A stretch of DNA of 64,000 bases from Lingula anatina (Eukaryota > Animalia > Brachiopoda), in assembly GCA_051362555.1 (NCBI GenBank), contig CM120640.1, forward strand, positions 63,218,788 through 63,282,787. Direction: 5' to 3'. The notes beneath the pieces are model-generated. The model did no database searches. It worked only from the letters and a program-made list of their open reading frames with translations, and was not told where the DNA came from. The position numbers were made by a program, and so were the translations under genes. Each line of letters opens with the position of its first letter. The first letter of the stretch is position 1. This document shows, piece after piece, positions 28,605-41,299 of the stretch.

Positions 28605-31600
28605 ATGGTTCGCTACTCACTGGACCCTGAGAATCCGACAAAGTGTAAGTACAGTTAATTTTAATAAACAAAATTTGTCAAATACTAGTATATGTTTTAC
28701 AAGCAAAATAGTTTGAAGTAAGTGGAGACATGTCATCATTTTCAGAAATATATATAGTTTTGTTGCAAATGAGTATTAACTTACTATATGTTACATTTCA
28801 TTTACAGCTGCAAAGGCAAAGGGTTCTCATCTCCGGGTTCACTTTAAGGTTAGTTAACATGCTATGTACTGCCTTTTGGGTAATAAATCTTCAGTGTTCA
28901 GTGACTAAATTAATTAACACATAAATGTCATCTTACGGGTGATGTCATAATTGCAATTTTGGGGTAAAAACTGAAATATCAGTTTCTCAAATTTCTCTTT
29001 TGCCTGAGCACCCATGATCACCATTTCAACGCTGATTTAATGACACCATTCAGTACTCCAAAACCCTGCCAGCAATTTCTCTTAAAAGTCTTTGTGCAGA
29101 TTTTATTGTTGATAAAGCTAAATAATATCTTTGTTTAATGAAAATCTATAATTAGGGGCTCGTAACTCCGTAACAGAAGACAACCAAAATGATGGCATAG
29201 GATTGTAGCCTATACAGTCCTGGTAAACTGCCAATGATTGTGATAAAACTTTGTTCAGGGATTAAGTTGCTCTCTATGCCGACTGTTATCTTACCTCAAA
29301 ATAGAAAGGTGTTAAATTGACAAATAAAGTTTTGAGTTGCCTGTGCTGAAACATTGCAATAAAAAATATGTAAACGCCGACATTTTATATTTTCAAGGGA
29401 TTTTTCATTGTTTTAAATCGGCACAAAGATAGATGCAGTATTAATTAATGAGGAAAAAACTCCTTATGGATATCTGGATGATAGTAAAGGGTTACAATAT
29501 TCTCAAATAATGTTCTTATTTTTTCAATTAAGAAGAGTGTATATCTTTCCTTCACCACAAAGTGTGCAGATGTTTTTTTATAAGTAAAGCAATTTGTAAA
29601 ACATTTTGTACAGATGAAGGTATCATTTGAAGTTGTGCTATTGTTCTCTTCAAATAGAATACCCGTGAAACTGCCCAAGCCATTAAAAGGATGCACTTGA
29701 GGAGGGCTATCCGCTATTTGAAGAATGTGGTAGAGAAAAAGGAGATCATTCCCTTCAGAAGGTTCAATGGTGGCGTTGGAAGACATGCTCAGGTACATAT
29801 AATTGTATACATGAATATGATTAATTGTTTCTTAAAGTGCATTAGACCTTTATATATAATAAATTTTCATGTTAACAATTTTCTCAAAATAACTAACTTA
29901 AGGCATACCCTATCAAAAACTGTTGAGAAAATAAAGATCCATTAAGCCAATTTTAAAGGTTTAATTAAAATTTTGGGCAGCCTCGTCCAATTTTGCCAAC
30001 TTCCATCTCCAATTGTGGTCCATTATTGCATACATGTTAAACTAAGAATGTATTACCAAGAATAGTCAACCAAAAACAGCACTGAAAAGTGCACTTGCAA
30101 GAGGATTTATACTCCGGTGTAAGGTGTAAAGTGATTAAATAGAAGTTTGAAAAAGGTCCAGTGTGCTGATACTATGCAAGCCAATTAGGAGCTATAAATG
30201 GGATCCCATCAGAGCAAGGCTTTTCCCAGCAAACTATCCAGCTGTCATTTGGACGGCCCCAGTATCACTCGATGGCCTCTATTTTCAGACTGCTGGACGG
30301 CTTATGAATTTAAAAAAAATTATGGCTTTGACTCACTGAAATTTTGTTGGAAATTACAGGTAATTTTGAACGGCCTGTATGGCCAATTCTCGGAAAAGCC
30401 CTGCATCAGAGCCAATTGATGCCTCTCACTCACATGTACACTCGGTTATGGAGTGCAAGTACAGTTGCAGTTTAGAGGTGTTTAGTGTGGATGTGCTTTT
30501 TGATGTAAAGTAGAGCAGAGTTAGGGCACCAAAATTGAATGCTTGCATGTCACAGCCTTTTTTTTTTTTTTTTTAAGCATCACTGTCTCTAATGTATCAG
30601 CAAATGCAAGAATTTAAATTCGAATTTTAGTTGAAGGCCATTGGAATAGAGGAAATTCCAATAGATTTACACAAAAACTTTTAGGTGAAGAAGTCATGGA
30701 GAAAAATTAATTTTGTTTATTTAACTTTTTAAACTTAATTAAAGATTGCAATAAAGGGAAATTTCTGCAAAGATACATCATTTCAAAGTTCAGTTAAACT
30801 TAGGTGATACTGATAACGATTCATGATTTTAAACTTAATCTATATTAAATAGAATCACATTGCACCTTGGTGTGTAGAAGTCATTTGTATTTCAAATCCC
30901 AATTGGTTTGATATTTATATGCAACAGTAGGAAATTGGCCAGACAAGAGATGAGCACATACCAAAGTTAAAATACACTAATAGCGTTGGTTAAGTAGCAA
31001 AATTTTTCACATTTGATGTCATAATAAACATCAATTCTAACGTAATTATAGATTTTTTTCCTGTATTACCTTTACAATCCATAAAAATTAATTATTTTTA
31101 TTCAGGCCAAGCAGTTTGGAAGCACTCAGGGTCGCTGGCCTAAAAAGAGTGCTGAATTTCTGCTGCAGCTGTTGAAGAATGCTGAGAGCAATGCTGAATT
31201 CAAGGTACATTTTTCACCAGTGGTAACCAGAAGAGGGTTAACAGATTTCATTTTGTACTGGTTTAAATTATAGGATAAAGGCATTCTTAAACGACTTCTG
31301 TGTTTGGAGTGATATTACTTTGTTGATGGCGTATATAAAATTTTTTAGGGGTTAGACACAGATCATCTGGTTGTTGAGCATATCCAGGTGAACCGTGCCC
31401 CACAGATGAGGCGTAGAACATACAGAGCTCATGGTCGCATTAATCGTAAGTAGCAGTGAATGCATACTTTGTGAGCTGGAAATGCATGCACACGCACACA
31501 TTCTTTTTATGCCATCACCTGCGTCTGTCGTCGCCGTGCACTTTCCTTGTAAACACGATAAGTGGAGGGCAGTTTTACTTTTTGGTTTCATATTTACAGA

Positions 31601-34600
31601 GCTGATGAATATTCATAAAACGCAGGTCAAGTTCGAAAATCAGCATGATCGGGCCATTATTGTAGAAGTTATGCTGTTTTTTCACTTTTCAGCATATATG
31701 CAGCCCCGTCAAAACATTTTTAGGAAAACCATTAGGCCTGTTGTCATGAAACTCACAGGAGTAATCAATCTTACTAAAACACAGGTCAAGTTTGAAAATA
31801 GGCATGATCGGGCCACTATTTTAGTAGTTATGCTGTTTTTTCATTTTTCAGCATATATGCACACTGTAAACACAATATAAGAAAAACAGATAGGCCAATT
31901 GTCATTAAACTCATAGGAGTGGTCAATCTTACTAAAACGCAGGTTCAGTTCGAAAATCAGCATAATCGGGGCATTATTTTAGAAGTTATGCTGTTTTTTC
32001 ACATTTCCTCAGATTCAACTCTTAGGCATGTAAACAGTCTCATTATTGAACTAATAAGATATGTAAAAGTGTTTGTTTGGCATTTCCTGCATCCTTACAA
32101 CATTGTTAGTTGATTATGTAAAAATGATGGTAAACTTGTTATCGTGTATTGTGTAATAAAGTGTCAAAAATGGAATTAAACTCATATCATTGAAGTTTGT
32201 CAGATTCAATCATTCACTATGTTCAAGATCTCAGTATGAAGGAAATTCGACATTTAACACTATTCTATTGATATTTTTCCCATCTCATCAATTTTCTTAG
32301 TTGATCGTATAAAAATGGCAGTAACCTGTTAATTTTGTTTTATGTTAAAAAATTGTTAAAAATGAAAAAAAAAAAAAAACATTTCAGAACAGTGCTGTCT
32401 TGTTTACATTTTGGCATTTTCAAGTTGTGATTTTGAAGTTCCATGGGCCTGAATACCTTTGCTAGTCACATTTTCTGAATATCCATGATACTAATATTTT
32501 GTTATTAAAAATTGATGGTCATTATGCTGTTAAACATTATGTAATATTGCATCAAAATTTGAAAAAAAAACTATTTGGGGCACTTCTCCCATGATGACCA
32601 TTTCAGAAAAACCATGTCACTTACTGTTCTCAAACAATACAATAAATATGTACAGATGTGTCTGTACATATCGCCATCACCTGCGTCTGTCGTCGCCTTC
32701 ACTGTCGCCGTCGCCGTCGCTGTGCACTTTCATTGTAAACACGATAAGTGGAAGGCAGTTTTACTTTTTGGCTGTATATTTACAGAGCTGATGAATATTC
32801 ATAAAACGCAGGTCAAGTTCGAAAATCGGCATATCGGGCCACTATTTTAGTAGTTGTGCTTTTTTTTTCACTTTTCAGCATATATGCAACACTGTAAACA
32901 CATTATAAGAAAAACAGGCCAATTGTCATTAAACTCACAGGAGTGGTCATTCCTGCTAAAATGCAGGTTGAGTTAAAAAATCAGCATGATCGGGCCATTA
33001 TTTTAAAGAAATGCTGTTATTTCACATTTCCTCAGATTCAATTCTTAGGCATGTTAACAGTTTCATTATTTAATTAATAAGATACGTAAAAGTGTTTGTT
33101 TGGCATTTCCTGCATCTTTACAACATTATTAAATGATTATGTAAAAATGATGGTAAACTTGTTATCGTGTTATTGTGTAATAAAGTTTCAAAAATGGAAA
33201 TAAACTTATATCATTGCAGTTTGTCAGATTCAAACATTCAGTATGTTCAGAATCTCAGAATGGAAGAAATTGGACATTTAACACTATTCTATTGATATTT
33301 TTCCCATCTCATCAATTTTCTTAGTTGATCATATAAAAACGGTAGTAAACTGTTAATTTTGTTTTATGTTAGAAATTGTTAAAACTGGAAAAAAAAACAT
33401 TTCAGAACATTGCTGTCTTGTTTACATTTTGGCATTTTCAAGTTGTGACTTTGAAGTTCCATGGGCCTGAAGACCTTTGCTAGTCACATTTTCTGAATAT
33501 CCATAATACTTATATTTTATTGTTAAAATTGATGGTCATTATGCTGTTAAACATTATGAAATACATCATCAAATTTTGAAAAAAAAAAAACTATTTTGGG
33601 CACTGCTCCCATGATGACCATTTAAAAACCATGTCACTTACTGTTCTCAAACTTACAGGAAAGAAACATGGGACTAAAATACAGCTTTAGTAGGCAATGC
33701 AGTCTGTTTGGTAATTCTTACTGCCAGTTAAACGTTTTTTTTTTGTGAAAATTTAATTTTTCACATATTGGCATTTTCAAGGTGTGACTTTGAATTTCCA
33801 TGGGCTTGATGACCCATGCTAGTCACATTTTCTGAAAATCCATGATACGTATATTTTATTATTAAAAATTGACGGTCATTATGCTGTTAACCATTATGTA
33901 ATATGGCATCAGAATAGAAGAAAACGCAATTTTGGGTGCTGCTGCCATGATGACCATTATGGGAAAACCATGTTACTTATGATTGCCAAACTTTCAAAAA
34001 AGAAATACAGGACTAAAATGCAGCCTGAGTTGGAGAAGCAGTCTAATTGGCTTCTTTTTCTGGAAGTTATACATTTTCAAAGTGTGAACTTGTTACACAT
34101 TTTACTTACATTGGTATTACCTGTTGAGCATAATTAAAATTTGATGTTGAATTTGCAGTTTAACATAATGTACTTTTGCATCAGAATTGACATTAGCCTA
34201 TTTTGTGCATAGTTATTTCCTGTTTTTTGTCTGTACATTTGACAGCTTTGCTGCCTTGTTCACATATTGAAAATTAAAATGAGTACTAATACCTTTTCGG
34301 ATCCATGCAATATGTTGCAGGTCACTTTATTTTAAATGAAGAATAACTTCTGTTTAGATTGTTTCCTGTTTTGTGTTGAAAATGAAAGAAAATTGATAGA
34401 CAGTTGCTAGTGCTTATGATAACAATCGGATAGTAGCTTGTTTATTTGAAACAAATCGCCAGCTACACTGAATTTTTTCTGACAGGCATTTTGTACTCGC
34501 CATCAGATGGTTTTCATTTTTCTGAAAGTATCTCTTTTTGGCCTGGATAAATATATGCCATAGCTTTATGTTAAACTTGTTTTTCTGACATTTTCAGCTT

Positions 34601-34740
34601 ACATGAGCAGTCCATGCCACATTGAGGTTATTTTGGCTGAGCGTGAGCAGGCAGTAGCCAAGACAGCAGAAGAAGAAACCACGAAAAAGAAGGAATCTAA
34701 AAAGAAGTTAAAGAAGCAAAAAATGATGATGAGAGACTAA
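28605..34740 (+). CDS. RPL17: 60S ribosomal protein L17 (uL22), 184 aa
   Basis: Exons 28605-28644, 28808-28848, 29658-29792, 31106-31204, 31349-31445, 34598-34740 (555 nt): [34 protein letters not shown]...QGRWPKKSA...[27 protein letters not shown] at about 34788. Confidence 0.98.
30092..30460. mobile_element. Degenerate fold-back/MITE-like remnant in RPL17 intron 4
   Basis: Nested short inverted matches: acttgca/tgcaagt, actcc..gtgta/tacac..ggagt, ggcttttcc/ggaaaagcc. Confidence 0.35.
31502..34515 (+). mobile_element. Helentron/HINE-like non-autonomous element with an internal duplication of about 1.1 kb, in the last RPL17 intron
   Basis: T-rich start ttttatgccatca, (gtcgcc)n microsatellite, internal sub-repeats of about 160-170 bp, block repeated at 31511 and 32673, subterminal tgacaggcat and terminal hairpin ccatc-a-gatgg followed by Ts. 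Confidence 0.6.
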
Positions 34741-35570
34741 ATACATGAGATGTAAATAATGAACACCAAGAGACTTTTCCTAAAAAGAAATAAAATAAGA
34801 TTCATGGAAGCAAGATTTTGGTTGTTGAGTGGTTTGTTATTTACAGACACTTTTGCATTCTGTTTATGTGCCATCTGACATTCTTTTTGACCTCCTAACT
34901 GCCAGCCCATATTTTTGTTTCAAAACTTACTTGGCGGATTTTATTTGATGAAAACGCAGTTTTAATATTTGAATTATCAGAATTGGCAAATTGTCACTTT
35001 AAGTAAAGAATTTTTTAGCTCCTTGCAGTCCTGTTGTCCAATGTTTTCTTGTATCCAATGTTCGCCGTTTTAGGTAGTCTTGAAGGGAGCGCAGGCGTTC
35101 AAAGTATAACGGTTGGGAAGTGCCTTTTTTATTGCGAAAGTATTACAGTCATCTGTAAAATTGTTTGGATGTCAAAATGGTGAAACGTCAGCCTCGTTGA
35201 GTTCCTTACACGCACCTTTTAAATGTCTGTCCATTTGGCCTTAATTTTGTTAAAACTCGTGCATAATTTATACTTTGAATGCTTAGACCATTGAGACAAA
35301 TTGGTATAATACTGGGATTTTGAGTTTAAACCTTTATAATCGAGTGACGTGACACGTTTCGACTCGTGGGCTCGAGCAAAACCACCAACTTGCATATTTT
35401 TGTCCCTTTGCATTTGCACAATTTATTTCATCTCTGTAAGATGGCAGTAAGCGGTTTCTACAGTTTGCTGACATTTGAAGTAATTGCATGGGCTACAGCC
35501 AAAGTGAAACGTCGATAAATTGAGCGACTCGCAACTGACCGATTTCCACTTTAATTATCTAAAGAAAGAA

Positions 35571-35572
<2 letters not shown>

Positions 35573-35606
<34 letters not shown>
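35573..35606. repeat. (TA)n microsatellite
   Basis: Direct reading. Confidence 0.95.
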
Positions 35607-35609
<3 letters not shown>

Positions 35610-35640
35610 GGATTCTCCTATCATTAAATGAAAGAAAAAA

Positions 35641-37860
35641 TTAGTTTAACTTTACAATAGTTGGAACAACAGAAACCATCATGCGCCATGTACTTTTAGT
35701 CTTGGTCGGTATTGGAGCGGGCCTCCCAGTTTCATTATCTCCCGTCAACAGCCACGCTTTACTGGGGTCGGGGGTGAATGAGAATAGTACGGTGTGAAAT
35801 GCAGCCTCCCTGACATCGTCGGGTCTCCAAGCAACAAGATGAGTCGGTGTGCCGCTCCTTGTTCCAAACACGTATATATAAGCAGTGGGGTCTTCTCTGA
35901 TTGTCTGCAGAAAGACTTTATCGCCGGCATGGTGGAATAGACTTTTGAAAGCCCGAAAAACGTCTTTCTTTTCAAAATCTACAGCTTTAGAGCCAGTTAA
36001 TCCACTGCGGCAAAACAAGGTGTCACAATCTTCAGTATTCGCATAAAAGAACCACGTAGCCCTTTCCACTCCAAGCCGCGTCAGTATTAGTAGCCCTCGG
36101 ACACCATAAATGGCTTGGGCTTCGTTTGAAACGCACTCAGATGTTGCACAAATTTCACCAAGGCCTGGTGCATCCCAGCCCCATTCGGTGACCCAGACTG
36201 GTTTTCCATGCAGGTTTGCATCCCGCCACCTAAGCACGTTACGGATACCATTGAATGTACTGTCTGGGTGTTCTGGGTGGACTGCAGTGCGGACCCCATC
36301 GTTCCGATGGTGAAAACTGTAATGATGGGAATTTAAGACATCGATGAATGGCGCTGAAATTTCTGGAATGTGGTTTCCCATGTAATTGGAAGTGCTGACG
36401 GGATCGTCGGCCTGAAAGGCTGCTGGAAGGAAAGTCATCTGAGGATCAGCAGCTTTAGAACCTTCAGAGAAGCCACGAAGAATTTCACGATAAAGATCTG
36501 CAGGGTATTTCCATGGTTCGTTCCCAGCCTCCATGGCTGCGATCAATCCATTGCCGTGTGTAGGACCAAAATGACGAGCGTAAGCATAACTGAAATTATA
36601 CCCAGCAGTGTATGGGTCATCCCATTTACTTGAAGGGATTGAGCCGAATTGGACGGAGCCATGAACGGTTAACCCAGCATCAACCCATGCCTGATACTCT
36701 TTGTCCCAGTTAAGCCACCAGTGTGCCTCGGTTCCTTTGCCATTGGCCATTTTTCCATAGTCTGGGATATGATCAGGATCGGTGACGTCCCAGTTCAAAT
36801 TGTGGTAATTCCGTGCGTGAGATGAAACCTCGGCGTACAGATTTGGCCCTTTCGTAGCAGGCAGTAAATAACTGTAAGACTTAGTCCCCCAGCCCCAAAT
36901 TCCATTAACTCCAAAGGTGTTTCTTAAAGTATTATTTTGCTGAGTTGTATTTGGCATAGAACCAAAGACACCGTTATAGTCATATGCTTTTATTTCCCAA
37001 ACGTAAACTTTTTTCACGTCTCCCTCTTCGACCTCGTGTCTAACTCCAATGTATCTTATGTTCTGAGGAGATGATAGTCGGGTATAAACAGGTTTCAGTG
37101 CATTCGGGTCGAGATTGGCTACTTTTGTCCACTCCACGCCATCTTGAGACACGAGAAGGGAGGTTGCTAGTGCATTACCCCCGGCCCAGTGTTTAGTATT
37201 TATAACGCTGACTTCTTTTAGGGACCCCATATCAATCCAAGCCATTTCATAGCAGGGCTTACTCATAGCTGCAATTTCAGTCAATGTGAAGGTTTTATTG
37301 GAAACCAACTCAATGGCTGAGAGAAGGATGTTTGGATCAGGGATCACCTCGATAAGTTTGTAATTATCTTCTGGTGTCAGCGTTGCTATGGCAACTCTTC
37401 CTGTAGATGTTATGGCATTGACAGTCACCGTGGATCCACTACCGTAGATACCTTTTATGGTAAGAATTCTCAGTCTAACTGTACTGCATAGCCGAACAGT
37501 GAAGCCAGCCACACCAATAGCATTTGTCTTAACCTGTAGGCCAGTGTAGTGAGAGTCATCGGTTGCGCTATTTATTGAAGTTCCCGAAAGATCACCAGTG
37601 ACGCTACATTTTTGTAAGGCACAGGCATTATATAGAGCGTTCAAATCTGGCCGAGATGTAAAACCACGAGGAAAGCAACTACCAGATTGCCAATGAGTTT
37701 GATCATCGCCGTCCATTATTTTATCGGCTCGAGACGGATTCGACGTTGTGTGAGGAGTTCCGCCGGCCGTCAGCGAGGGAACATAACCGGCGTCTGGGTT
37801 CCAGGACGCTACTATAGGAGACGCGACCATAATGTAGATAAAAACTAGAGCTCTGTTCAT
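35641..37860 (-). CDS. Secreted clan GH-A glycoside hydrolase with F5/8-type C (CBM32/discoidin-like) domains, 739 aa, single coding exon
   Basis: ATG at 37860 directly follows the acceptor tttcag. Signal peptide MNRALVFIYIMVASPIVAS. F5/8 motifs DGDDQTHWQS, WIDMG, VSQDGVEW, RYIGV, WEIKAY. GH-A acid/base GNEPW (Glu 36517-36519) and nucleophile PVWVTEWGW (Glu 36184-36186). Confidence 0.9.
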   Translation of the reverse strand: MNRALVFIYIMVASPIVASWNPDAGYVPSLTAGGTPHTTSNPSRADKIMDGDDQTHWQSGSCFPRGFTSRPDLNALYNACALQKCSVTGDLSGTSINSATDDSHYTGLQVKTNAIGVAGFTVRLCSTVRLRILTIKGIYGSGSTVTVNAITSTGRVAIATLTPEDNYKLIEVIPDPNILLSAIELVSNKTFTLTEIAAMSKPCYEMAWIDMGSLKEVSVINTKHWAGGNALATSLLVSQDGVEWTKVANLDPNALKPVYTRLSSPQNIRYIGVRHEVEEGDVKKVYVWEIKAYDYNGVFGSMPNTTQQNNTLRNTFGVNGIWGWGTKSYSYLLPATKGPNLYAEVSSHARNYHNLNWDVTDPDHIPDYGKMANGKGTEAHWWLNWDKEYQAWVDAGLTVHGSVQFGSIPSSKWDDPYTAGYNFSYAYARHFGPTHGNGLIAAMEAGNEPWKYPADLYREILRGFSEGSKAADPQMTFLPAAFQADDPVSTSNYMGNHIPEISAPFIDVLNSHHYSFHHRNDGVRTAVHPEHPDSTFNGIRNVLRWRDANLHGKPVWVTEWGWDAPGLGEICATSECVSNEAQAIYGVRGLLILTRLGVERATWFFYANTEDCDTLFCRSGLTGSKAVDFEKKDVFRAFKSLFHHAGDKVFLQTIREDPTAYIYVFGTRSGTPTHLVAWRPDDVREAAFHTVLFSFTPDPSKAWLLTGDNETGRPAPIPTKTKSTWRMMVSVVPTIVKLN

Positions 37861-38294
37861 CTGAAATAAAAAAAATATGAAGATGATTAAGTGGTATGAC
37901 TGGTATGTCACACTGAATCAATATATCATAATGAATATTTTGTCCCGTTTGCCATCCACAATATTATTGTGTTTTCATGCATATTATGTTTATTCCCCAA
38001 TAGTCTACGACATGTGCGTTATTTCAAATTCAAATATGCAACAATGATAGAGCCTCATAATTATACATTTGAAATAATTATTTGCACTAACTGAAATACG
38101 TAGAACCATTTAATGCAAAAATCCCGTATCAGTATGTATGAATAACAAAAGATCGATAAAAAAATTCTCTGGCATATACAGCATTTCCGAGAAATGTTTT
38201 ATGCCTTCATTTCTGCTCTCTGATTACGTACACTATAGCTCACAGTGCTCTGGGATTATTGGCCCTGAATATTCGTTTATGCTTCGGCTCTCTT

Positions 38295-39222
38295 TGTCTC
38301 AAAAACAACAGTTTTAAATACCGGTGCACCACAGGGAAGCGTCCTTTCACCTTGTCTTTACTCCCTTTTTACTTATAGACTATTATGATTGTACTAGTGT
38401 AAGCGACGGGGCTTTTCTAATGAAATTTGCGGATGATACTACGCTTGTGAGGCTAGTTACTGATAATGACGAGTAGAGTACATATAGAGAATCTGTTAAG
38501 TCGGTGGTAAGGTGGTGCGAGAGTAATGATCTTATTTTGAACGCTAAAACCAAAGAAATGATAGTGGATTTTAGAAGAAACCAGAATGTAAAGGCACCAC
38601 TCACCATTGGTAATGTTAAAGTAGGGTAGAGGAATTTAAACTATTTGGTATACACCTGAATAGTAAATTGAATTGGAAAGATAACACCGCGAAGAATGTT
38701 AAGAAAGAACGGCAAAGACTGTATTTTTTAAGGTCACTGAGAACTTTTACTGATAACGTGCCTATTTTAGTCAACTTTTACAGGTGCGTCATAGAAAGCA
38801 TCCCGGCGTATGGAATTTTGATATGGTATAGTGGAACAACTGGGGAGGAAATAAACTATCCATCGTTGTAAAAACTGCACGTAAGATTATCAGGCAGGAT
38901 CTACCTAAGCTGGATGATATTTTTAAAGACAGAATGGAGAAAAGAACTGTTAAGACCATGGAAAACTCTTATCATCCTGCACCATCACTTTTTACGTTTT
39001 TGCCAAGCAATAGCAGACTTTTAACTTTTAAAGGCAGCAAACGCTTTTTAAACAGCTTTGTCCAAGTGCAGTGACGCATTTTAATTTGATCTCAAAACCA
39101 AATTCTTAATTTATCTATTGTATTACTTTTAGTCTGCTCCAAAAGGAAAATGATTTCCGATTTTTAGAATTGGCTAAATAAACTCTTATCTTATCTTATC
39201 TTATCTTATCTTATCTTATCTT
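38295..39222 (+). mobile_element. 5'-truncated, disrupted LINE (Rex1/Babar-like RT) with a (TCTTA)n tail
   Basis: NTGAPQGSVLSP, KFADDTT, KTKEMIVDFRR, RLYFLRSL, NFYRCVIES with stops and frameshifts. AATAAA then (TCTTA)n at 39184-39222. Confidence 0.9.
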
Positions 39223-40406
39223 AGATGTTACATTTATCAACTACAAATCTGGATATTATGAAATTTGAGAATTTTTATCGTGGCTATTGCAAGTGATATC
39301 AAAGAGTCATTAAAAGTAATGGCAATACTTTTATCCACTAGATCCCTTTATTAAGTTCCAGACCCCTTGATACATTAAAAAAATGACCCTTTTGAATAAA
39401 CCTCCCAGAAGCTGGTCACTACGGGCTCCCATCTTTTAATCACACGATCTTTAAACTGCTACAGAGATTCTCAGATTCTGGCCCTGCATACGGAAAAGAA
39501 TGGAACGACTACATATTGCAATTTCGACAGTTTTATAATATGTTTCACTTAATTAAAAGATACATGATACAAATAAGGTTCAATCCAAGCTGCAGCCAAG
39601 ACCTCCTCCCTCTATTCTAGTATTCCTTAATCAATCAAAATGTCAATCACATAAATCAAAAATTGGTTGGTAACTTTAAACTCAGGCCCGCCCAAACAAG
39701 GTGGACACAGACAAGGGCTCTATACGCTGTCTATATAATCTAAATTTAACTTATTACTGGGCTTGAAACAAGGACAGTAAAATTTGAACTTCTAAGATAC
39801 TAATACCAATGTTTGAATATTATCATTTATGCATTGAAAAAAAACATTTAGATTTCAACTTCTAATGATTGAATTAATAATATGAAAATTATAAAATATT
39901 ATTTACAAATTATTTCCCATTACTGTGGTCCCTTACACGCGTGTGCTTAATTCAATAAGTTCCAAGGTTGCGAAAACAGCGTGCACCATGTCTATTACTG
40001 GGCTCTCACTTGAAAAAAATCTCTATGCTGACGAACGCGGCATGGCCTTTTGATCATGGGTCACTTGAAGATGTGTGAACCTCAAATGTTAATTCTGTTA
40101 TATTTAATTCGCTCACTCACTAGTCTGCCATTATTTGTGACCAACACTTCACTAAATTCTCCGAAATCTCGCCTGATTTTAAGCTAAGTCACAAAACATC
40201 GGAGTAACTCGGATGATTCCCTTTACTGAATTCACAGGCTTTTAGGCCTATATACATGCATGTCTAATGAAGGATTTCACCAAAGTACTTTTGCTGTAAC
40301 CCGTTTGGTACACGTGCGAGTTCACACATGTTGATCCATGTAGATCTTGAAATTCAAAATTACATTCGTGGACCCTAATATAATACTGATAAGGTCTAAC
40401 TGCCAT

Positions 40407-40740
40407 CCGTGTCATGGATGTGCAGCCGTTTTGACAGTAATTGTAGTCCCAGGAATGGAAGTCGTGGGTCCCTCGTGTCTAGTACAGGTTAGGGTAAGGC
40501 TACTCTCTGGTCTGTTACAAAATTATTGTATCGCTCATACTTAAATTTTGCATACTATTTTAGAAACCCGTGATATCAGAGGGTAGGCTTAGGAGGAGTA
40601 TTAGGGTTAGTACTTGGGAGAAATGGCACCTGTACAAATAAAAGTAATGGGGAACGGACTACGATTCCTAGTAGCCGCCTATAGCAGACTACCATTCCTG
40701 TCACAACGGTAGTTACAGTTGGGATAAAAGCTGGGACACG
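40407..40740. mobile_element. Old MITE-like element with imperfect TIRs
   Basis: CCGTGTC/GACACGG ends, a 20/23 inverted match (40426-40448 vs 40687-40709) and internal ttagggt motifs. Confidence 0.55.
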
Positions 40741-41299
40741 GAACCCGGAAAAAAGAGAAGTCCTGCGAGTAAATAGGCCGCTGAAACAGTTTGTTTATGA
40801 GTATATATAGTTCCTCTTTTCTAGTTCATTTATTTATTTATTTATTTTCATTGTTATTGACTGGCTTTTTCTACCCGTTGAGACCAAAATGACCGTCTAT
40901 TTATCTACAGACATATCTGTGAATATCTGTGGAAAATCAATCTGTCGCCCTGGTAGAGGGTAGGCTTTTTCAAAGTTGTGAAGTCTGTAATTTAAATTAT
41001 TTATGGTGATATACTTCTTTTTTGCGATGATAACCCACACATTGTTGTTAAAACAAACTAAATTATATTTTTTTTACGCCCGGCGAGTGTAAAATGATTT
41101 TTTGAAAAGCAAGGAGCCTGAATCTTTACTGCTCAGTCCTTTTCGTAAATAAATGGATAAGAAGCAAATATTATTGGCGCAAAACTTTATCTCAACTGTA
41201 AATTGTACCATATCTAGACATCGCAGCTTCCATGGTCAGTGCTATTGGATTTTTGACAGTTGGTAATGTTTTAATCATGACATATCTAAGCTCACTCAC

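Noticed and set aside
31431-32850. ORFs with repeated KTQVKFEN motifs
   Set aside because: Translations of the HINE-like internal DNA repeats within an RPL17 intron.
27758-34597. Intronic snoRNAs in RPL17 (vertebrate host of SNORD58); hairpins at about 29192-29233, 30860-31012 and 31212-31323
   Set aside because: No convincing C (RUGAUGA) and D box pair with terminal stem. The H/ACA-like candidates have wrong pocket-to-box spacing or lack ACA. An Infernal/snoReport run is needed to decide.
35641-37860. Bacterial contamination as the source of the hydrolase
   Set aside because: It is embedded among spliced animal genes, with a splice acceptor at its start, a flanking LINE and microsatellite, and no operon context.
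35641-37911. ORF-track start of the hydrolase at 37911 (756 aa)
   Set aside because: The extension is a GTG start running through a polypyrimidine tract and acceptor. The ATG at 37860 gives a proper signal peptide.
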